Origin: Balanoglossus misakiensis
Taxonomy: Eukaryota > Animalia > Hemichordata
Assembly: GCA_040954595.2 (NCBI GenBank)
Contig: JBECUI020000030.1
Location: forward strand, 281,261-345,260
Direction of reading: 5' to 3'
Length of the DNA stretch: 64,000 nt
Under the pieces are notes generated by a model. It saw only the letters and a program-made list of their open reading frames with translations, searched no databases and had not been told where the DNA came from. Shown one piece after another: positions 1 through 9,450 of this stretch; the stretch's first letter is position 1; every line of letters begins with the position of its first letter. The translations under genes and the position numbers were made by a program.

Positions 1-648
1 CCCCGTAGCCAAGGACGGTCAACCGTTACACTTCAGGGTAATAACTATGCTGCGCACGGAACAGATCTGGTAAAAATAATCAAGGCACTTAAACTTCAAG
101 ATTGTGTGTTGGTAGGATGGTCATTCGGATGTCTGGAGGTCTGGGAGTATATCAAACAAGAAGGTTTTGAAAACGTAAAAGCAGTGATCTCTGTTGACCT
201 ATCACCAAAACCATTATCTGTAAATAGCAAAGATTGGGTCGAAGGCCCCTTGGATGAAATTGCTGAGGCCTATACTGTGTATATGCAATCTCCAAAAGGG
301 CAACGAGATTTTGTAACATATTATACGACTGAAGTAATGGTACAACGTGATCTCAAAGAAGAAGAACTATTCTGGATTGTTGAGCAATCATTGAAAACTC
401 CATACTATATTGCGAGTAATTTATTTGCATCCGGAATGTTTGCGAACTATATGGCTGAAGCCAAACATGTAGATGAGTCTGTACCGGCCCTCAATATCCA
501 TGCTGAGCATTGGGCAGAGACAGCGGTTGCATTTACGAAAAAGCATTTCCCCAACACAAAATCAAAAGTTCTGGGCGGTCATATGATGTTTTGGGAACAT
601 GCGGATGCCTTTAACAAACTTGTAGATGAGTTTATCGCTTCATTGTAA
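1..648 (+). CDS. Alpha/beta hydrolase (non-heme chloroperoxidase/arylesterase-like), 5' truncated by window edge
   Basis: Frame is open from base 1 (PRSQGRS...). Nucleophile elbow GWSFG and C-terminal GGHMMFWE His motif. Confidence 0.8.
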   Translation, partial: PRSQGRSTVTLQGNNYAAHGTDLVKIIKALKLQDCVLVGWSFGCLEVWEYIKQEGFENVKAVISVDLSPKPLSVNSKDWVEGPLDEIAEAYTVYMQSPKGQRDFVTYYTTEVMVQRDLKEEELFWIVEQSLKTPYYIASNLFASGMFANYMAEAKHVDESVPALNIHAEHWAETAVAFTKKHFPNTKSKVLGGHMMFWEHADAFNKLVDEFIASL

Positions 649-888
649 ACTGCTGTTCTTTCGGTATCGCCTGCGTTTGATATGCTTTCTGCTCCCCAAA
701 AACCAGTAAAGAAGACTATGCCGGCATTGTAGATAGCATGCTGGCAATTATGCGGTATTATTCCAAAGACTTTATGAAACACGGTTCCGGCGATCCCTTG
801 TATGTAACAGGTAGGGCGGCGGGATCAAGACAAATCTTTTACTCATCAATGTATTGAAATGTATAGTGAACAACTGATATAGATGACA

Positions 889-2676
889 TCATGGCTTCTC
901 ATGCAACAGTTGGGCTATTGCTTTTTTTATATTTGTTTCGCGAGTATTAATAAACTCATTAAAATCATCTACAGTAAAAGGATCCTTCATTAAGATATTA
1001 AAACACTCATCATCGATAAAGTGTTTTGCTAGAATATTTTTAACTGCTTCTTCACCATTGTTTTTTTGCCACTCAGGTAAGTATTCGTTTGGCAGTCTAT
1101 CGTTTATAATACGTCTATTTGTTTCTGATGTTAAAGGCGAGCGGTTGAGAATAGTATGCCACTGTTCATCTTCGCGATTGAGATTTTTTTGACCCCATTT
1201 AATGGGTATAATATGATGGTCATCAATTTCCATTTTTTGCAGAGACCCTCCCTTTACCCAGTCACATGCCCCATTCATAATGAGTAGGTTGAAAATACCA
1301 TTGTATCTAGCTGTTCCTTTTTTCTTCACTGAATGTAAATCAATATCGTTTAGCTTGGAGCAGAAATCTGTTATTGATGAGGGCTTAATATTATTATCAA
1401 GCCATAGTTTCATATCAAGATAGTCCCTTGCACTTGTTGACTCAACCGATCCTGAATATCGTTGGTCAAAGATGGAAGTCCAATACCATTGTTGAATTTT
1501 CTTGTTTGCACTTAAAAATTTTTCGGGGTATGTCTCGGCATAATGTAGAATTGAGGACAAAGCAGGCAAAATAGAAGCATAAGGTAGGTAATGGGATGAT
1601 GTCACTCCATAGTCCTTTTCCAGAAGTAAAATTGCGTTTTGAATGGCTTGCACTGCGGTATCCCACAGCTCTTTAAATTCATCAGAATTTTGTACAAGGG
1701 GTTCTTTTTTTGAAGTACCGTCCGGGGCTCGCGTCTTTTTTTCTTGCCCAGGAAGTAGGTAATACAAATATTTTGGGGAGCAGTAAGACTGTTTTAAGAT
1801 AGACATAACCTGCAGGATATAAACATTCATTTTTGGAATGTCGGTCTCAATCAATCGAAGCTTTCCCGTTACATTACGCCACATTTCTTTAAGCGGTAGC
1901 TTCTTTGGTGTGAGGAGGGCGTTCATTAGATCAAATATATCTAGTTTAACTCCCTTACTATTGATTCGAGAAAAAATATCGCATACCTTATCTATTGCCA
2001 ACTCAGCGTCTAATTCGACATACGTTATTTGATAATCATCAAAGATCTCCTCTATTCTGACCCCAAACTCTTGTGCATTAGGGCTGCCCGGCGTTTCTTG
2101 ACAATATTTTTCGTAATTCTGTATCCAATTAGAAAAATGTCTAGATCTATTTCTGCCAAGAACAGATAAGGGAAAATAATGATTTTCAAATTGATACTTT
2201 TGATTGTTTAATATTTTGTTGTAAGTACTCGGCGCCCATTCGTATTGAAAGGCTTCGTCATATTCTTCGTTCATAAACTTGTCTACCCGTATATAGTAGA
2301 TCATTTTATTTTTTTTCTTTGGTGGGGGAACATCTGGAGCAATAATTGCATAATAAAGAGCAGTTAGCCTTTGTTGCCCGTCTAAGACAATGAATTCCGG
2401 GGAAGTGTCATCTACATTCCATTTTCTTGGTTCTTTAACATTCCTGTATCCGTATATTGTTTCACAGGATAGGCTATTGAAATTTTCTTTTTTACCCTTC
2501 CATAATAGTAGGCTCCCAATGTAATAATCAAGAAAAACAGATTTTATTAATTCCTTAATATCCGATGGTTCCCATTCAAACTCTCTTTGAAAATTGGGTA
2601 TAACAAAACGTCCTTCTTTTAGCCATTCAATAATATTCTTGAGGCTTTTATAGTCTGGTTTTTGAACATCTTTCAT
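889..2676 (-). CDS. GmrSD-like type IV restriction protein (DUF262 + C-terminal DUF1524-like HNH)
   Basis: DUF262 motifs IPNFQREFEW, DGQQRLT, FSRINSKG. C-terminal DDHHIIP...LNRSPLTSETN HNH-like motif. Confidence 0.8.
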   Translation of the reverse strand: MKDVQKPDYKSLKNIIEWLKEGRFVIPNFQREFEWEPSDIKELIKSVFLDYYIGSLLLWKGKKENFNSLSCETIYGYRNVKEPRKWNVDDTSPEFIVLDGQQRLTALYYAIIAPDVPPPKKKNKMIYYIRVDKFMNEEYDEAFQYEWAPSTYNKILNNQKYQFENHYFPLSVLGRNRSRHFSNWIQNYEKYCQETPGSPNAQEFGVRIEEIFDDYQITYVELDAELAIDKVCDIFSRINSKGVKLDIFDLMNALLTPKKLPLKEMWRNVTGKLRLIETDIPKMNVYILQVMSILKQSYCSPKYLYYLLPGQEKKTRAPDGTSKKEPLVQNSDEFKELWDTAVQAIQNAILLLEKDYGVTSSHYLPYASILPALSSILHYAETYPEKFLSANKKIQQWYWTSIFDQRYSGSVESTSARDYLDMKLWLDNNIKPSSITDFCSKLNDIDLHSVKKKGTARYNGIFNLLIMNGACDWVKGGSLQKMEIDDHHIIPIKWGQKNLNREDEQWHTILNRSPLTSETNRRIINDRLPNEYLPEWQKNNGEEAVKNILAKHFIDDECFNILMKDPFTVDDFNEFINTRETNIKKAIAQLLHEKP

Positions 2677-2793
2677 CTAACCTCTCCTAAGTAATATTTA
2701 AAATCATCATTCTATTGTATAACGTTACTCTTATTATGGCAATCTCTATCAAAAATACTTGGAAACAGTTCTCGAATACATAATATTCTACTC

Positions 2794-2837
2794 TTGACCG
2801 TTTTATTGCCTAAAGATATAATATGAGTGACTACTCA
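2794..2837 (+). promoter_or_regulatory. Sigma70 promoter with probable TetR operator
   Basis: TTGACC-17nt-TATAAT (2794-2822), then inverted repeat TGAGT-GACT-ACTCA (2824-2837), upstream of the SDR-tetR pair. Confidence 0.65.
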
Positions 2838-2858
2838 GTTAGTGAATAAGGAGGACAT

Positions 2859-3680
2859 ATGTTATTTCAAGATAAAACTGTATTAGTAACCGGGGCTTCT
2901 TCGGGCATTGGACTAGCGCTGGCAATGGAAGTGGCAAAGAGAGGTGCACGGGTGATTCTTACTGCACGTTCGACGGATAAACTCAATCAATTAGCTGCAA
3001 GTCTTCGTGACAAGGGCACTGATGTACATGTTTTTACCGAGGATTTAAGTCTTCCCGGTTCTGCAGAGAAACTGTATACGGCAATTATTCAAGCAGGGTT
3101 GGTAGTAGATATTCTTATTAATAATGCAGCTTATGGCAGATGGGGAGAATTTACAACCTATGAACGACCGGATTACGCAAAGATGGTTCAACTCAATATT
3201 GTTTCCTTAACGGAACTGTGTCATCTTTTTATTCCCGATATGGTTGAAAGGAAACAGGGGGGCATTATAAATGTTGGATCTACAGCATCATTTGGTCCGG
3301 TGCCTTATGCGACAGTCTATTCTTCGTCTAAGGCATACGTTTTAATGTTTACAGAAGCAATCAGGTATGAGTATGCCAATACGGGAGTTCGTATTATGGC
3401 ATTGTGTCCGGGTTTCACTCAATCCAATTTTGCAACAGTTGCTTCCGAGGAATCGGAACCGGTTGCAACCCATGTAAAAAAATTGATGCAAAGTCATGGC
3501 GATCAGGCGCAGTCCGCAGAGGAAGTTGCAATTCAGGGTTTAGATGCCTTTGTGAAAGATAAGATGTGTGTTATTACCGGTACGCGGAATAAGGTAATGC
3601 AAGCAATCGTGCAGTTATTCCCGCGAAAAACCAGACTGAACATAGTTGGAAGTATATTTCAGAGGATCGTAGGCAAATAG
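2859..3680 (+). CDS. Short-chain dehydrogenase/reductase (DltE-like)
   Basis: TGASSGIG, NNAA and YSSSK motifs. AGGAGG RBS. Confidence 0.9.
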   Translation: MLFQDKTVLVTGASSGIGLALAMEVAKRGARVILTARSTDKLNQLAASLRDKGTDVHVFTEDLSLPGSAEKLYTAIIQAGLVVDILINNAAYGRWGEFTTYERPDYAKMVQLNIVSLTELCHLFIPDMVERKQGGIINVGSTASFGPVPYATVYSSSKAYVLMFTEAIRYEYANTGVRIMALCPGFTQSNFATVASEESEPVATHVKKLMQSHGDQAQSAEEVAIQGLDAFVKDKMCVITGTRNKVMQAIVQLFPRKTRLNIVGSIFQRIVGK

Positions 3681-3707
3681 AAAAGATCCCATTGTTGTAA
3701 CAATGAT

Positions 3708-4301
3708 ATGAAAAACCCGTCAACAAAAGATAAGATTGAAGAACGTGCATTAAAACTCTTTGCAAAACAAGGTATTAAACAAACATCAACTGCTCAGATT
3801 GCCAAAGATGTGGGGATTGCATCCGGAACCTTGTTTGTTCACTTTAAGACAAAACAGGAGTTAATTGATGCACTGTACTTAAAAATCAAGAGGTCCGCAT
3901 TTGCCTGTCTTGATGCAACTATTCAAGCGGACATACATGTAGAAGAACTTCTTAAATTATATGCACGAAAAATTATTGAGTACTTTCTTCGAAATTATCA
4001 TGCCCTTGTTTTTTTAGAGTTAGTTGAAACCGACCCCGCAGTGTCTGTAGAAATAGTTGCCCAAGGGTATGAAAAATTTCTGCGTGTTACTCGATTGTTT
4101 GTAGAAAAAGCAATGGGCGAGGTTCATTGTACGAATATGGATATACAGCTTATTCAACAGCTAAACTGGAATACACTGAAAACTATCATCAAATTTTTGA
4201 AGCAAAACAAATTAAAAACAGTCGATGAGAACCACCTAGATATTGTTTGGTCCGTAACATACGGCTGTTTACGCAGTATGTCCGGCATAGAATCGAAATG
4301 A
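3708..4301 (+). CDS. TetR/AcrR family transcriptional regulator
   Basis: N-terminal HTH: TSTAQIAKDVGIASGTLFVHFKTKQELI. Confidence 0.9.
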   Translation: MKNPSTKDKIEERALKLFAKQGIKQTSTAQIAKDVGIASGTLFVHFKTKQELIDALYLKIKRSAFACLDATIQADIHVEELLKLYARKIIEYFLRNYHALVFLELVETDPAVSVEIVAQGYEKFLRVTRLFVEKAMGEVHCTNMDIQLIQQLNWNTLKTIIKFLKQNKLKTVDENHLDIVWSVTYGCLRSMSGIESK

Positions 4302-4357
4302 GAATAGGATGGGATTGCTCTATCGGACTATAGACAATTATCCTTTTTGCGTAAAGG

Positions 4358-5500
4358 TTAATCTGCTTTGGGAGTATGTACGGCAACTTGGGCGACTAAA
4401 TATTTTTGCAACACATCTTTTTTAAGTGTTATACCCAAGCCCGGAGCTGTAGGAATGGATACTATGCCGCCCTTTATAAATTCGGAATAATTAGTTATAT
4501 CTTCCTTCAAACGGAGTGGAGAAAAATAGGCATGCCCAAAAGCATAAATATTAGAACAGGAAGATCCAAGTGCAAAGCTGGCGGCTTGGGTTATCCCTTC
4601 TTCTATCATCGAATTAAAAAGTATTTCTATACCAAAATGCTTGGCTAGATTGATAATTTGACAGGACGGGTAAATTCCACCATTTTTACAGACTTTAATA
4701 CTAAAGACATCAACTGCGTCTTGCTTAATCAACATTTTCGCATGTTCCAAAGATAGAAGCGATTCGTCCGCACTTATCCTAATTCCGGAAATATCTTTAA
4801 TCTTTTTTAGCCCATCTATATTAGTGGCAGAAACCGGTTGCTCCAAAAGATCTATATTACAATCGACAACTCGTTTTAGATATTTTAATGTTGTATGAAC
4901 GTCCCACCCTTGATTTGCATCAGGAATTAATGGGATTTTGCCATCCAAGGCCTTGTTTATTGCTATCGTTCGCTCGGCGTCGTGGTGCCAGTCTTCTGTT
5001 CCCACTTTCACCATAAGGGAATGATATCCCTTTGCGATAAGTTCTTGTGCAGTTCGTGCATTATCATCGGGGCTGCCCCCACCAATAGAGCCCATGATAG
5101 GAAGCTCCGTTCTTAGCTGTCCTCCGATAAGTTGTGCAACTGAAAGCCCCGAGCTCTTGCCTAATATGTCGTAACAAGCCATATCTATACTTGCCTTCGC
5201 TAAGTGCATATCTCTAATGACACTGTCCATAATCTCGTGCAGTAAAATAATATTTCTCGGATCTTTTCCAATAAGAATGGGGGCTATGGTATGTTGTAGA
5301 ACTGCCATTACGGTCTCTGTTGTTTCACCCGTGAAGGCAGCTTCGGGATCGGTTTCCCCAAGACCTGTGATTCCGCTATCGGTCATAATTTCAATGACAA
5401 CAGGTCGGGTTGTATACAGTGTGCCGTACAGTTGGGATAACTTATAGGGATGTTGCAAAGGTATTTCTGTTTGATATATATTAATGGATGTAATTTTCAT
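4358..5500 (-). CDS. Enolase-superfamily (muconate lactonizing enzyme subgroup) racemase/epimerase
   Basis: GLGE, ASIDMACYD, metal ligands DANQG/EQP/DES, IKVCKNGG, PGLG. Confidence 0.85.
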   Translation of the reverse strand: MKITSINIYQTEIPLQHPYKLSQLYGTLYTTRPVVIEIMTDSGITGLGETDPEAAFTGETTETVMAVLQHTIAPILIGKDPRNIILLHEIMDSVIRDMHLAKASIDMACYDILGKSSGLSVAQLIGGQLRTELPIMGSIGGGSPDDNARTAQELIAKGYHSLMVKVGTEDWHHDAERTIAINKALDGKIPLIPDANQGWDVHTTLKYLKRVVDCNIDLLEQPVSATNIDGLKKIKDISGIRISADESLLSLEHAKMLIKQDAVDVFSIKVCKNGGIYPSCQIINLAKHFGIEILFNSMIEEGITQAASFALGSSCSNIYAFGHAYFSPLRLKEDITNYSEFIKGGIVSIPTAPGLGITLKKDVLQKYLVAQVAVHTPKAD

Positions 5501-5563
5501 ATCGTCCTACTTTCCGGCACAGCAAGAGCAAAGGGCAAGTGCTGCACCGGTTTATAGGTAAAA

Positions 5564-7000
5564 TTAGGCCTTCGTTTTGCTCTTTTGCAGCGCCGAAACT
5601 ATGTACATTGTTAGTACGGAACTAACCAATCCGTATGTTGCAAACGGAAGTTGTCCAAGGAATCCCGGAAAGGATGCCCCATACTGTTTGGTTATAATAC
5701 AAACAACTATGGCGACAATCATACTGGCAAAAACAGCATGAGATGTAAATTTTTGTTTCTTTCGATAGATATATCCTAAAAATATGGGGGCGAATAATCC
5801 TGCTGCCGAAAAGGCATAAGTATACACCAGCCATTTAAGAACATCTTGAAATTGAACAGATAGCGTACCCGCAACTGCCATAACAACTACCGTCAATATA
5901 CGTGAGACTCTAATTAATTTTTTATCGGAAATATCCGGATGAAAAAAAGCTGTATAAATATCTCGAGTAATATTGACAACTACAGTCTGACTAGCACTAC
6001 TGACAGTAGACATAATTGTTGCCACCACTAATCCTGCAAACAGAGCAAGGAGCCACGCTGGAAACTGTGTCATTGCCCATCCTGTAGCACTAGCACCTTC
6101 GGGAAGAGTGGGCATCAGACTTTTTACTATTGTTCCCATCATAAATGCCCAAACTACAGCTAAAATTAACACAATAGCGGAAACTGCTAATGATACATTA
6201 ACTTTTTTATGATCTCTGATAGCACATATCCGTTGATAGTATATCTGATTAGTCATTCCTCCTGGAAGCGCAGAAAAGAGCCAAAGGAGCACAGTTACTC
6301 CACCGACACTTAAAAAGCCTTGCGGAAAGGCAACGTTTTCACGAGGAACAAATTCGCTTTGTACTACGGTTGTCCATCCACCTGCCTGGCCTGAAAGAAA
6401 TATCAATACAGTGATACAAGTAACTATCATAAAACAGGCAAAAATGAAATCAGTCCATGCAACCGTCTTTAGTCCTGAGGGCATAATAAACAGCAGACTG
6501 AAGAGTGAAATTCCAACTATCAATGTAGACGAAGGAATATTGGTTATGCCTGAATACAATTGACCAAAAGCTACCAACTGAGAGGTAATCCAACCAAAAG
6601 GAACGATCAGTGTAAGGAATGCTCCCAGCAATGCAACTCCTCTATGTTCTCCATAAAAATTCCTTAACATATCTCCGATAGTAGAAAATTTATTTTTTCT
6701 AATCCATGGAGCCACAAACATCAGAATGAAAAAAGGCATCGATGCGATAATTCCGTAGGTTACCGTAGATAATCCGTTTTGAAAACCAAGTCCTACCAAA
6801 GCAACAAGGACCCCTCCGCCCATTGCACTGGCAAATTGAGTGGCAATAATTACATAGGTGGGTAAATCTCTCCCTCCAATGCTCCAATCTTCGCCGCTAA
6901 CAGCTTTTCTTCGAGTTAGTAGCACTGAGTAAACAAAAGGTATTGCCATTATTACCAAACTGCTTATCAGAATGAGAATTGTATTTGATGTATTCGCCAT
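5564..7000 (-). CDS. Sodium:solute symporter (SSS) family transporter
   Basis: About 13 hydrophobic segments. Motifs GGRDLP, GLKTVAWTD, YYQRI, ATIMSTVSS. Confidence 0.9.
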   Translation of the reverse strand: MANTSNTILILISSLVIMAIPFVYSVLLTRRKAVSGEDWSIGGRDLPTYVIIATQFASAMGGGVLVALVGLGFQNGLSTVTYGIIASMPFFILMFVAPWIRKNKFSTIGDMLRNFYGEHRGVALLGAFLTLIVPFGWITSQLVAFGQLYSGITNIPSSTLIVGISLFSLLFIMPSGLKTVAWTDFIFACFMIVTCITVLIFLSGQAGGWTTVVQSEFVPRENVAFPQGFLSVGGVTVLLWLFSALPGGMTNQIYYQRICAIRDHKKVNVSLAVSAIVLILAVVWAFMMGTIVKSLMPTLPEGASATGWAMTQFPAWLLALFAGLVVATIMSTVSSASQTVVVNITRDIYTAFFHPDISDKKLIRVSRILTVVVMAVAGTLSVQFQDVLKWLVYTYAFSAAGLFAPIFLGYIYRKKQKFTSHAVFASMIVAIVVCIITKQYGASFPGFLGQLPFATYGLVSSVLTMYIVSALQKSKTKA

Positions 7001-7037
7001 ATATTCCTCCTTAATATAATATCATGTCGTATAATTG

Positions 7038-8114
7038 TTAATTTCCATATTTAGTAAAATGAAGTAGTTCTTCCTTATTCATTCCTGCAAGTCCCAAAGA
7101 CTGCAATGTTCGAGCATTCTCAAAATTATTATCAGTAATAGCACGTGCTAGAGTAATCGTTGCATCCATGATGGGAACAGGTACTCCCAGTGCTTCTGCC
7201 AAAGAAGACATAGGGATAAGTCCCATGGGAATATCTTCCAAAAGATAGCGCGTTTGAACGGTATTCTGTCCTTTTATACCAGCATACGCAGTAACCTGAC
7301 GAACTATATCGCTGAGGCGCTCTCCTTCTGCTCCGTAAAGTTTTTTGTACATATCCACTACTGTCGGTAGAGAAACGTCTATGGCATTTCCTATAGCAAT
7401 ACGTTCTTGATCTATCTTTATAGCCATATCTCCGATTGTTGGGGTGATGCCTTCATAATAAAATAACCAATCGCGTCCCGACTCCATTAATGAAAGGTTC
7501 AATATACTTGTAAGCGGATGGACTGATACATTGAGATTTTGTAATCCTGTAGCAAATACATTGGGAAGCAGCGTGTTCATTTCTGGAAATAGATCTTGAA
7601 ATGCGTCTAGCATTTCTTGCCCTCTTTCTCCCGGAATGGTAGCTAAAGGCAATTCGTTTTTTATGCCGAGGATATTAACACGACCTTTTTCTACCAAGCG
7701 TGTTGCATATAAGAGGGAAATGGTTTCACCTACAAGAACATCTTCTTGACATCCATTTGCTTTCATTGTGTTATAGAATTCTATGGCACCAAAAGTGGAA
7801 CCCGGATGAAGAAGTACTTTCTGACCGCTTTTGAGAAACGGTGCACATGCCTGTGCTATTTGTCGATGAGCAAATGCAGGGGTAACGACGATAATGAGAT
7901 CGGCTCCCGTTACGGCCTCTTCCATGTTACAAGTTGCAAACTCAACGGGTCCAAACCCTTCTAATCGTCCTTGGACATATATGCCTTTTTGCTGATTGAT
8001 AATGTCTACGGTATCTTGAAAAATATCGTAAACACGAACTTGTTTCCCCTTAAGTCCTAAGTCTGCAGCTGTAGCATGCCCGCCATTTCCTCCACCTATC
8101 ACAGCACAGACCAT
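7038..8114 (-). CDS. NAD/NADP octopine/nopaline (opine) dehydrogenase family
   Basis: GGGNGG Rossmann motif, NLNVSVHP, FYYEGIT, DQERIAIG, RYLLEDIPMGL. Confidence 0.88.
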   Translation of the reverse strand: MVCAVIGGGNGGHATAADLGLKGKQVRVYDIFQDTVDIINQQKGIYVQGRLEGFGPVEFATCNMEEAVTGADLIIVVTPAFAHRQIAQACAPFLKSGQKVLLHPGSTFGAIEFYNTMKANGCQEDVLVGETISLLYATRLVEKGRVNILGIKNELPLATIPGERGQEMLDAFQDLFPEMNTLLPNVFATGLQNLNVSVHPLTSILNLSLMESGRDWLFYYEGITPTIGDMAIKIDQERIAIGNAIDVSLPTVVDMYKKLYGAEGERLSDIVRQVTAYAGIKGQNTVQTRYLLEDIPMGLIPMSSLAEALGVPVPIMDATITLARAITDNNFENARTLQSLGLAGMNKEELLHFTKYGN

Positions 8115-8170
8115 AGTCGGACTCCTCTCTTCCTTTGTAAAAAGAAAGAATAATACTTCATATCACCATA

Positions 8171-8254
8171 ATATATATGTTTATCTTAAAAAGCAAGGGA
8201 GATTTTTCAAAAATTTGTGAGAAGCATCCTACCAACACTTTTCTCTTTATCTCT
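8171..8254. repeat. 84-bp promoter-containing repeat, copy A (copy B at 14167-14250)
   Basis: ATATATATGTTTATCTTAAAAAGCAAGGG...TTTGTGAGAAGCATCCTACCAACACTT..CTCTTTATCTCT recurs with few mismatches. Confidence 0.85.
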
Positions 8255-8322
8255 TTACTAACGTACAGAAGGTTCGCAGTCAAGCAATCGACCGCTACAT
8301 CAAAGGAGCCCTAGGGTAACGA

Positions 8323-9450
8323 TTATTGTGCTGCCTGTAATATGTCTATTGCTTTATCTAAACTCTGGTCCAAGGCAGGGGAAGAATTAGCAATAGATTG
8401 CACAAATATGTCTGGGCTAATACCAACCTTAAAGTAGTCAACCCCGTCTAGCATAAAAGTGCGAAATCGCGGGAAGAAAACTATCCATCCATTTAGCAGT
8501 ATTTTTTTCTGTCCGGCACCGGTGCATCCCAAAGAGGACGTTCCAATGACCTTTTGTATTGCCTCTGATTGTTGCAGCATCATCAGGAGCATTTCAGCAG
8601 CACTACAGGTAAATGTATTTATTAGTACGACAAAGGGTTTATCTTGATAGTATGAAAATCCTTTGGGTTGGACGGTTTCATACTGCTTTTGGGTGCTGGT
8701 CTCGGAAATGCGCAATTCGGCCATCATAAAAGCTTTTTTCTTGTTGATAAATCGTGACCCCACCTCTGCCGCAGCGGATCCAGAGCCTCCTGGATTTCCT
8801 CGAAGATCAATAATAATTTTTTCCACATCCTTACTGTGGAAGTCTTTTAGAATATTATCAAGCCTTTGTCCAACAGTTTGTATGTTCCTCTCTGCCAAGT
8901 GTACAATATGGAAGTATCCAATGGGAGGTGTTGTGGTGGTTATTATCCCGTACTGAAAAAGATCTCCCGCTGCTAGTATGGTCCCAGGAAAGTTGGGTTC
9001 GGGAGGATTTTGTTGGTCGGCATTAAATTGGTAATTTGGTTTGTATGCATCAAAGTCATTTTCTCGTTTCTCTTGTAAGAAACGTTCAACTATTTTTTGT
9101 TTGTCATATCTAGGTATTAATGTTAGGTCGAAATATAAATGTGTGTCGCGAATATGCACATAGGCAATGTCATAGAAAACCTCCAGAAGGGTTTCCCAAG
9201 TAGGGGTAGCACGGATAACCGGCTTAAACAAGTTTTCTATATCTGTCAGAGTTTGCCCGTTTTCAAATGTATAATTACTGTATGCGTACAAGGTGTTTAG
9301 TTCATGAAAAAAATAATCATAGTTTCCTACTGGTGTATTCTCAAAAGCCGGAGAAAATGAGAAACTACAGCCGACACTAACAAAAACTATGAACAGCAGA
9401 GCTGCTGTTCGGAACAATTTAGAAACGAAACACCATATTGAGGTTAACAT
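8323..9450 (-). CDS. S41-family peptidase lipoprotein, cassette 1
   Basis: Likely start MLTSIW at 9450. Lipobox-like VSVG-C; HIRDTH, IDLRGNPGG, TCSAAE, GISPD. Confidence 0.85.
   Translation of the reverse strand: MLTSIWCFVSKLFRTAALLFIVFVSVGCSFSFSPAFENTPVGNYDYFFHELNTLYAYSNYTFENGQTLTDIENLFKPVIRATPTWETLLEVFYDIAYVHIRDTHLYFDLTLIPRYDKQKIVERFLQEKRENDFDAYKPNYQFNADQQNPPEPNFPGTILAAGDLFQYGIITTTTPPIGYFHIVHLAERNIQTVGQRLDNILKDFHSKDVEKIIIDLRGNPGGSGSAAAEVGSRFINKKKAFMMAELRISETSTQKQYETVQPKGFSYYQDKPFVVLINTFTCSAAEMLLMMLQQSEAIQKVIGTSSLGCTGAGQKKILLNGWIVFFPRFRTFMLDGVDYFKVGISPDIFVQSIANSSPALDQSLDKAIDILQAAQ

Noticed and set aside
7038-8114. Staphylopine/pseudopaline-type metallophore synthesis (CntM)
   Set aside because: No nicotianamine synthase, exporter or metal ABC transporter nearby; the neighbour is an SSS importer.
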